A stretch of DNA of 49,389 nt from an uncultured Spirochaetales bacterium (GTDB lineage Bacteria; Spirochaetota; Spirochaetia; Sphaerochaetales; Sphaerochaetaceae): the NCBI GenBank assembly GCA_902803145.1, contig CADCOT010000010.1:1-49389 (forward strand), written 5' to 3'. The notes below the pieces were generated by a model. It did no database searches, was not told the origin of the DNA, and saw only the letters and a program-made list of their open reading frames with translations. The translations under genes were made by a program, and so were the position numbers. Shown here piece after piece: positions 44,239 to 49,389 of the stretch (its first letter is position 1; the number at the start of each line of letters is the position of its first letter).

Positions 44239-45780
44239 TCAAAGCATTGGTGCAACTGCCCTGACTACCCCACGGAAAACACGTCTGAGTCTTCCAACCC
44301 TCTTTCTGTAATCCGTCGGAACCTGCTCACACAGTTCAAATGTCTTAAGAAAATCTGCCTTGACCTCCCTCACCGTCTTGCCTCCGTAGAAAACAGTTGC
44401 ACATTCAAAGTGCAGGAAGAAGGACCTGAAATCCATGTTTGTAGTTCCAAGTATAGCACGTTTGTCATCCGACACAAACATCTTGGAATGTATGAAGCCC
44501 GGCCTGTATTCGTAGATTTTCACCCCGTTTTCAACCAGCCTGTAGTAATTGCTCTCAGTCACCTCAAAGACAATTTTCTTGTCCGGAATTGACGGTGTGA
44601 TAATCCTGACATCCACCCCGCTCTTTGCCGCCAAAATCAGCGCATCCTGCATAACAGAATCAAGAATCAGGTACGGCGTTGTTATCCACACGTAGTCGTT
44701 GGCATTGTTAATAATTGTCAGGTAGGCATTTTCGGCCACGCGGTCGTCATCCAGCGGGCTGTCCCCATAGCTCTGTATATAGCCGGAGGACCGGCGATAT
44801 TTTAAAGTAGGCGCATATTTCTGAGGGTCTTCTATCCTATCCTGCTTAGGTGCTGCAAAGTTCCAAAGTTCAATGAACATCAGTGTGCAGTTCCAAACAC
44901 CGGCTCCTTTGATAATAAAAGAATTGTCCTTCCAATGTCCAAAGCGGATTTTCCTGTTTATGTACTCATCTGCCATGTTCAGGCCGCCGCTTATTGCAAC
45001 ATTGCCGTCCACAATACACATCTTTCTGTGGTCACGATAGTTCAGCCTGGGGTTCATTCTTGGCTTGATAGGGTTAAAGCACACAGCCTGAATTCCAAGT
45101 TTTCTCAAAGCATTATCGTAGCCGCCTTTGAGAGTAAAAGAGCAGCCGATATCGTCATACATGAGGCAGACCTTAACTCCCTGCGCTGCCTTCCTCTTGA
45201 GAATCTCCATCACGCTATCAAGAAGCTCTCCGTTATCATAGATGAAGAACTCCAAGAAAATGAAGTTCTTGGCCTTCTCAAGCTCTTCCAAAAGCGGAAG
45301 GTAGGCCCTGTCACTCTGAGGGAAGTAAGTTACGTTTGAGTTTGAATAAACAAGGGCATTAGTATGGTTCTGAATGTATTTTGCAAGGTTTCTGTCATCG
45401 GGGTCCTTAAGGCTGTCAACTTCAATGCTGCAGCCGGGAATATCGTTCCAACCCTTAAGTGCGTTTGCCTTATACATGCTCCTGATCTTGGATTCTTTTC
45501 TGCCCTGCTTTTTGTTTCCGAACAGGAGGTACAGAATTCCTCCCAAAAGCGGAATGACAAGAACAACAAGCATCCAGCTCATTCTGTACTCAGGGGCATC
45601 GTCTCTACAGAAAATCATTAAGGCAAGCACCGTTGCAACAGCGCTGTACAACGTAAATGATATGGAAAAATCTCCAAGATAAATAATAAGCACAACAATG
45701 AAAGCAATCTGAACTAAAATTGCCAGAACTGCCCAAAAGAGTCTGCTTGAAAAAATCTTGAGAAGTTTATGCAAGGTCAA
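44239..45780 (-). CDS. cls: Cardiolipin synthase
   Basis: Two N-terminal TM helices and two HKD motifs (HRKMCIVDG....GG.N and HSKMFVSDD....G..N). TTG start in a TTGA overlap with the upstream stop. Confidence 0.9.
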   Translation of the reverse strand: MTLHKLLKIFSSRLFWAVLAILVQIAFIVVLIIYLGDFSISFTLYSAVATVLALMIFCRDDAPEYRMSWMLVVLVIPLLGGILYLLFGNKKQGRKESKIRSMYKANALKGWNDIPGCSIEVDSLKDPDDRNLAKYIQNHTNALVYSNSNVTYFPQSDRAYLPLLEELEKAKNFIFLEFFIYDNGELLDSVMEILKRKAAQGVKVCLMYDDIGCSFTLKGGYDNALRKLGIQAVCFNPIKPRMNPRLNYRDHRKMCIVDGNVAISGGLNMADEYINRKIRFGHWKDNSFIIKGAGVWNCTLMFIELWNFAAPKQDRIEDPQKYAPTLKYRRSSGYIQSYGDSPLDDDRVAENAYLTIINNANDYVWITTPYLILDSVMQDALILAAKSGVDVRIITPSIPDKKIVFEVTESNYYRLVENGVKIYEYRPGFIHSKMFVSDDKRAILGTTNMDFRSFFLHFECATVFYGGKTVREVKADFLKTFELCEQVPTDYRKRVGRLRRVFRGVVRAVAPML

Positions 45781-46802
45781 TCATCCTCATTAAGATCTGT
45801 GTCGGGCATGCGGTCATCTTCATCATCTTCTTCTTGGCGCACAACCTGTTCTCGTACAACAAAGGCCGGTCCATTGTAATCCTTAATCAGTGAAAGCCCC
45901 TCAAACGGTTTTCCGCATGCAACAAGATCCTTGTTGTCCTCCATTGACTGGGCAAAAGCCTTACGAGTTGCAGGATTCTCCAATCCCTTGAAAAGGTTTT
46001 CCATGTAATCTTTTGAAACAGTACAAGTTGCAGGATAGTTCTTTGTAAGTCCCCACCCTATGTATGTCATTGCATTTTCGTACTCTTTCTTATGAACCTC
46101 AACCTGGGCTCCGTGCAGATACGCCTCAGGGAACACTGCATTTTCAACATTAATCAGGTGGTCATAGATTTCTCCAGCCTTGTTCCAGCGTCCTACCAAA
46201 ATGGCATACCAACCCTTGTTATCAACAAAACCCGGAACATCTATTTCAAGTTCATCAGCACGGGCAATAATCTTCTTTGCTTTTTCAACTCTGCCGTCTG
46301 CGAGAAGGTATGTTGTAAGGTTTACATAGAGGTTGTTATCCCCGTATCCGGCATCCAAAACGCTTTCAAGCATGTCTATTGCTCCGGATGTGTCTCCTTC
46401 TTTCCAAAGACCCATGGAAAGTCCGATTTTTGCCCTGTTTATATCTTCTTTGCTGCCCTTCTTCAGAACGTCTTTGAGAATGGCAATGCCTTCGGATGTG
46501 TGGTTTTTCTGAATCAGAACTGTTCCGATTGCAATTTTCTGCTCATTGCCCACCCCGGCCTTAACAGAAGCCTTAAGTTTTGCAATTGCTTTCTCATCCT
46601 CACCCATCTTCAAATATGAGGCTCCCTGTGCAAAGTAAACAAAGCCTCGTCTTAGGAAGATGAAAACTCCCAAAGTAACAACAATTATTGCCACCCTGAG
46701 CATTGTTGGCATTTGAACAAACAAACTTCCGACAATAATAAAAAGCGCTCCCAGAAACAGAAGAACTGATTTATTGAACTTTGTCTGCTGTGTATAAGGC
46801 AT
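45777..46802 (-). CDS. Membrane-anchored TPR-like repeat protein
   Basis: Two N-terminal TM helices followed by helical repeat-like sequence and an acidic C-terminus. ATG 46802 with SD GGAGGA and a TAATG overlap with queH is preferred over 46841. Confidence 0.6.
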   Translation of the reverse strand: MPYTQQTKFNKSVLLFLGALFIIVGSLFVQMPTMLRVAIIVVTLGVFIFLRRGFVYFAQGASYLKMGEDEKAIAKLKASVKAGVGNEQKIAIGTVLIQKNHTSEGIAILKDVLKKGSKEDINRAKIGLSMGLWKEGDTSGAIDMLESVLDAGYGDNNLYVNLTTYLLADGRVEKAKKIIARADELEIDVPGFVDNKGWYAILVGRWNKAGEIYDHLINVENAVFPEAYLHGAQVEVHKKEYENAMTYIGWGLTKNYPATCTVSKDYMENLFKGLENPATRKAFAQSMEDNKDLVACGKPFEGLSLIKDYNGPAFVVREQVVRQEEDDEDDRMPDTDLNEDD

Positions 46803-47341
46803 TATTTCTCTTCCTCCGCTGATTCTATTGAAAACTCGCATCCGCAGTACTGCTGTCTATACAGTCCCAACTCTTTGGACAATCTTATGCTTTCCGCGTA
46901 TCCGTTTTTCTTTTTAAAATCCATTTCTTCAAAACCTTCGTAGTTTTTTCCAACTCTGAAGATTGTGCTGCTGTTTTTGTATCTGCTTACAGTAAGTGTT
47001 GTAGTAAAGTGTTCAATCCCCAATCTCTTGGCTTCTTCAAAAGCTTCTTTCAGATTGAAGTCAAAGCACCTTTCACACCTTTTACCACCCTCGGGTTCGT
47101 TTTCAAAACCTTTTACGTAATCAAGCCATGCTTCATGGTCATACTCAACTCTGTGCACTTCAAGTCCGTAGTGTGAAGCAACCTTCAGAAGTTCTTCCCA
47201 CCTCTTTTGGTTCTCCTCTTGTGGCCATATGTTGCTGTTGCCGTAGCAGATCACAGGACTCCACCCTTCTTCAATCAGCCTTTTAAGACAAAGTGTGGAG
47301 CAAGGTCCGCAACAACAGTGAACCAGAATTTTTCTTCCCAT
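46802..47341 (-). CDS. queH: Epoxyqueuosine reductase QueH (DUF208)
   Basis: Conserved Cys pattern HCCCGPCS ... CERCF ... YCGC. ATG 47341 (MGRKILVHCCC) is preferred. Confidence 0.85.
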   Translation of the reverse strand: MGRKILVHCCCGPCSTLCLKRLIEEGWSPVICYGNSNIWPQEENQKRWEELLKVASHYGLEVHRVEYDHEAWLDYVKGFENEPEGGKRCERCFDFNLKEAFEEAKRLGIEHFTTTLTVSRYKNSSTIFRVGKNYEGFEEMDFKKKNGYAESIRLSKELGLYRQQYCGCEFSIESAEEEK

Positions 47342-47392
47342 AGAAACAATAATAATAAAAAAGAACACTCAATGCCACAGATAAAACAGTAC

Positions 47393-47421
47393 TGGACATA
47401 ATCCGCACAATATGCAAGAAT
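47393..47421 (+). promoter_or_regulatory. Possible promoter for tRNA-Val-GAC
   Basis: TGGACA, 17 nt, AAGAAT. It ends 12 nt before the tRNA 5' end. Weak match. Confidence 0.3.
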
Positions 47422-47433
47422 AGTTGACGCAAC

Positions 47434-47505
47434 GCACGGTTAACTCAGCGGGAGAGTGCCACCTTGACGTGGTGGAGGTCGTAGGTTCAAACCCTACACC
47501 GTGTA
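47434..47505 (+). tRNA. tRNA-Val (anticodon GAC)
   Basis: 72-nt cloverleaf: GCACGGT TA ACTC AGCGGGA GAGT G CCACC TTGACGT GGTGG AGGTC GTAGG TTCAAAC CCTAC ACCGTGT A. G1:U72 pair. CCA is not encoded. Confidence 0.88.
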
Positions 47506-47507
47506 AA
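47488..47507 (+). repeat. Direct repeat copy 1 (CAAACCCTACACCGTGTAAA), the 3' end of tRNA-Val-GAC
   Basis: 20/20 identical to 47650-47669. Confidence 0.9.
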
Positions 47508-47512
47508 TGCTA

Positions 47513-47538
47513 AGAGCAGGTTAAATACCTGCTCTTTT
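47513..47538 (+). terminator. Rho-independent terminator after tRNA-Val-GAC
   Basis: AGAGCAGG-TTAAATA-CCTGCTCT followed by TTT. Confidence 0.7.
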
Positions 47539-47556
47539 GCATTTAAAAGGTCCAAT

Positions 47557-47569
47557 TAGGGTTTGAACC
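47557..47569 (+). repeat. Inverted copy of the tRNA-Val T-arm segment (TAGGGTTTGAACC)
   Basis: Exact reverse complement of GGTTCAAACCCTA at 47484-47496. Confidence 0.85.
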
Positions 47570-47649
47570 GGAGCGTTAAGCAAGAGCCGAGATGTCGCAG
47601 GGTCTTGCAGCGGAGGCGGCCTGAAGCCAGACTTCCGGGAGGCGTAAGG

Positions 47650-47669
47650 CAAACCCTACACCGTGTAAA
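47650..47669 (+). repeat. Direct repeat copy 2 (CAAACCCTACACCGTGTAAA), a partial tRNA 3' end
   Basis: 20/20 identical to 47488-47507. Weaker similarity extends upstream (GGAGGCGTAAGG vs GGAGGTCGTAGG). Confidence 0.9.
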
Positions 47670-47672
47670 CGG

Positions 47673-47704
47673 AACAGCGTCCTATATGGGCGCTGTTTTC
47701 GTTT
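47673..47704 (+). terminator. Rho-independent terminator
   Basis: 10-bp stem AACAGCGTCC / GGGCGCTGTT with loop TATAT, followed by TTCGTTT. Confidence 0.75.
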
Positions 47705-47729
47705 ATAGGTTTGATTAAAGTCCTTGCAT

Positions 47730-47810
47730 TTCGATGATAGACCTAGTTTTTATGCCTAAATTATCGAATTTTTCGATGATAAACCCCATTTTTATGCTTT
47801 AATTATCGAA
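47730..47810. repeat. Two tandem 39-bp units (42-bp period) with inverted termini
   Basis: Unit 1 (47730-47768) is TTCGATGATAGACCTAGTTTTTATGCCTAAATTATCGAA. Unit 2 (47772-47810) is TTCGATGATAAACCCCATTTTTATGCTTTAATTATCGAA. They are 33/39 identical. The junction forms the palindrome ATCGAA-TTT-TTCGAT. Confidence 0.85.
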
Positions 47811-47832
47811 ATGAGCAGAGGCATCTGAATAT

Positions 47833-49389
47833 TTATTTCTTGGTGCCGCGGTATTCAACGCACATCATTGTAATGTCATCAAACTGGTCTGCGCCTTTCT
47901 CAAAGGCATCAACAGCTTTTCTTACGTTGATAAGAATGTGCTGAGGATCTGCATTAGGCTCAGAGTTCAAAGCATTAATCATGCGCTCACTGCCAAAAAA
48001 TTCACCAGCTGCATTTGTTGCTTCCGGGACACCGTCTGAATAGAGGAAAAGCTTTGAACCGGGCTTAAGTGTTATTTCGTAGTCGGTGTACTTTGCTGTA
48101 TCAAGACCGCCCACAACCACGCCGTGCTTATCTTTGTATATCTCAAACTTTCCTTTCGGTCCCTTGATGACAGGATATTCATGACCGGCGTTGGATGCCA
48201 CAAGACGTCCTGTAGACACCTCAAGAATTCCAATCCAAACAGTAACAAACATCTCTTCCCTATTGCTGTTGTAGATAGACTTGTTGGAGTCCATAAGAAT
48301 CTGAGCCGGAGACTTGCCCATCATGGCATTGTTGGCAATTGTAATCTTAGAAGCCATCATAAACAGAGCTGCAGGAATACCCTTTCCGGAAACATCGGCA
48401 ACAACCAGACACAGATGATTATCATCAACAAGGAAGAAATCGTAGAAGTCTCCTCCAACTTCCTTGGCAGGATCCATTGAAGCGTAGATGTCAAACTCCT
48501 TCCTGTCAGGGAAACAAGGGAAGATATTGGGAAGCATATCGCTCTGAATTCTTGTAGCCAGATTCAGTTCGGTGCTGATTCTCTCCTTCTCCGCAGTGGC
48601 TGTAGTAAGCTTTTTGACATAATCAACAATGCTCTTTTCCATGCGGTCTATGGATTCAGCCAAAGTGCCAATTTCATCATTTCTGGCAATATCTTCCTTG
48701 AGGGCCTTTGCAGTCAACATCTTACCATCCGAGGCAAATCTTGAAGCTTCTGCTGAAATCTTTGTCAAAGGATTAAGGATGATACGTTTCAGATATCTGC
48801 TCTGCAGTAAGATAATCAAACCGGAGATAATCAGGAGAGAGATGATTATGTTCTGAACATACTGAGAACGTCTGGTTGTAATTGCATCCATCTGGCGCTG
48901 AACACACAGAATCGCCCTGGTTCTGCCATCAGAATCCTTAATGGGAACCATGGCTGTAATGTGGGCTTCTGTTTCAATATAACCTTTGTCACGAATTACA
49001 ATCTCTGAATCAGACTCGCCTTCATAAAGCTTGCGATACTTGGTTTTGTAATCATCATTGGTTGTCTGTCTGTAGTAACCGAAATGAAAACGTGAATAGT
49101 TACTGTTTTTGTTGATTGTGGAAATGATGAAGGTAATGTGGTTGTAGTCAGTCAGGTTTGGGCAGATTACGTAGATAAAAGTAGCACCTGATGTATTGCA
49201 CAGGGAGTCCATCTTTTCATACAGCTGGGCATACTCCTCTGTCTCTCCATTGCTGGCAATAAGAGCACCAAGTCTGTCGCCGTCAATCATTACTTTTGCA
49301 GTTTCTGCTATTTCTATTGCACCCTTTTGGTAGATGCTGGACATAGCATTTGTAATGCTGTTATAGCCTACAATACAGGCAATTACACC
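47833..49389 (-). CDS. Sensor PP2C/SpoIIE-family serine phosphatase with HAMP domain (5' end outside the window)
   Basis: The C-terminal PPM domain has EVGGDFYDF and VADVSGKG. The HAMP-like region contains NPLTKISAEASRFA...DEIGTLAESIDRM. The frame stays open upstream of the ATG at 49344 and encodes a hydrophobic segment (GVIACIVGY), so the gene very likely starts beyond 49389. Confidence 0.85.
   Translation of the reverse strand, partial: GVIACIVGYNSITNAMSSIYQKGAIEIAETAKVMIDGDRLGALIASNGETEEYAQLYEKMDSLCNTSGATFIYVICPNLTDYNHITFIISTINKNSNYSRFHFGYYRQTTNDDYKTKYRKLYEGESDSEIVIRDKGYIETEAHITAMVPIKDSDGRTRAILCVQRQMDAITTRRSQYVQNIIISLLIISGLIILLQSRYLKRIILNPLTKISAEASRFASDGKMLTAKALKEDIARNDEIGTLAESIDRMEKSIVDYVKKLTTATAEKERISTELNLATRIQSDMLPNIFPCFPDRKEFDIYASMDPAKEVGGDFYDFFLVDDNHLCLVVADVSGKGIPAALFMMASKITIANNAMMGKSPAQILMDSNKSIYNSNREEMFVTVWIGILEVSTGRLVASNAGHEYPVIKGPKGKFEIYKDKHGVVVGGLDTAKYTDYEITLKPGSKLFLYSDGVPEATNAAGEFFGSERMINALNSEPNADPQHILINVRKAVDAFEKGADQFDDITMMCVEYRGTKK

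Larger units (their letters stand above)
47557..47704 (+). ncRNA. Candidate structured small RNA or tRNA-derived element with its own terminator
   Basis: A 9-bp closing stem, TAGGGTTTG (47557-47565) with CAAACCCTA (47650-47658), encloses a GC-rich 84-nt segment. Internal helices include GCAAGA/TCTTGC and CCGGA/TCCGG. A strong terminator follows. The family is not recognised. Confidence 0.25.

Noticed and set aside
44008-44592. 194-aa plus-strand ORF
   Set aside because: Antisense to the yerC-like and cls genes, both of which have clear family signatures. Shadow ORF.
46092-46619. 175-aa plus-strand ORF
   Set aside because: Antisense to the TPR-like membrane protein gene, which sits in a translationally coupled operon. 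No motifs.
47540-47704. Known housekeeping RNA (SRP/4.5S RNA, tmRNA, 6S RNA or a second intact tRNA)
   Set aside because: There is no SRP domain IV GNRA-loop motif and no tmRNA tRNA-like 5'/3' pairing or tag ORF. There is also no 5' acceptor strand to complete a tRNA. Only the 3' part resembles tRNA-Val.
47730-47810. CRISPR array
   Set aside because: There are only two repeat units separated by 3 nt, no spacers, and no cas genes in the window.

Overview
49.4 kb of densely coding bacterial chromosome, mostly minus-strand genes. I found no transposase, integrase, CRISPR array or recognisable defence genes. The host looks diderm and may be a Treponema-like spirochaete, but that guess is unverified. 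All calls were made by eye, and motif coordinates may be off by about 2 nt.

Layout:
- 1-8.7 kb: housekeeping genes (yidD, udk, lepA, ftsH, tilS, pth, rplY, tRNA-Gln, ispE, a SMUG1-type uracil-DNA glycosylase, tRNA-Val-CAC).
- 8.7-31.7 kb: a surface-glycan biosynthesis locus.
- 31.7-47.4 kb: mgtE, an FAD oxidoreductase, a sugar-acid operon (mannitol-DH family, PfkB kinase, gnd, LarA-like, plus a GT4), tRNA-Pro, a HIT protein, yerC-like, cls, a TPR protein and queH.
- 47.4-47.8 kb: tRNA-Val-GAC followed by an unusual non-coding region.
- 47.8 kb to the end: a sensor PP2C phosphatase truncated by the window edge.

The glycan locus contains an initiating phosphoglycosyltransferase, four GT2 and two GT4 glycosyltransferases, Wzx, a Wzy/O-antigen-ligase-like protein, an MBOAT plus DltD-like pair, and an aminotransferase plus ATP-grasp pair. 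It has no Wza/Wzc/Wzz genes. Instead it carries four large signal-peptide proteins: two Wzi-like, one Omp85/POTRA-like and one unknown.

Most interesting candidates:
- The glycan locus with embedded outer-membrane proteins, possibly an undescribed export or anchoring route.
- An MgtL-like proline-containing leader ORF upstream of mgtE.
- A LarA-like gene tightly coupled to gnd and sugar-acid genes.
- A tRNA-Val gene nested in frame in the 5' end of the SMUG1 ORF.
- A tRNA-derived repeat and hairpin element downstream of tRNA-Val-GAC, followed by tandem repeats with a 42-bp period.

Several longest-ORF starts in the supplied track are TTG/GTG artefacts. I re-set those starts using SD (Shine-Dalgarno) evidence.
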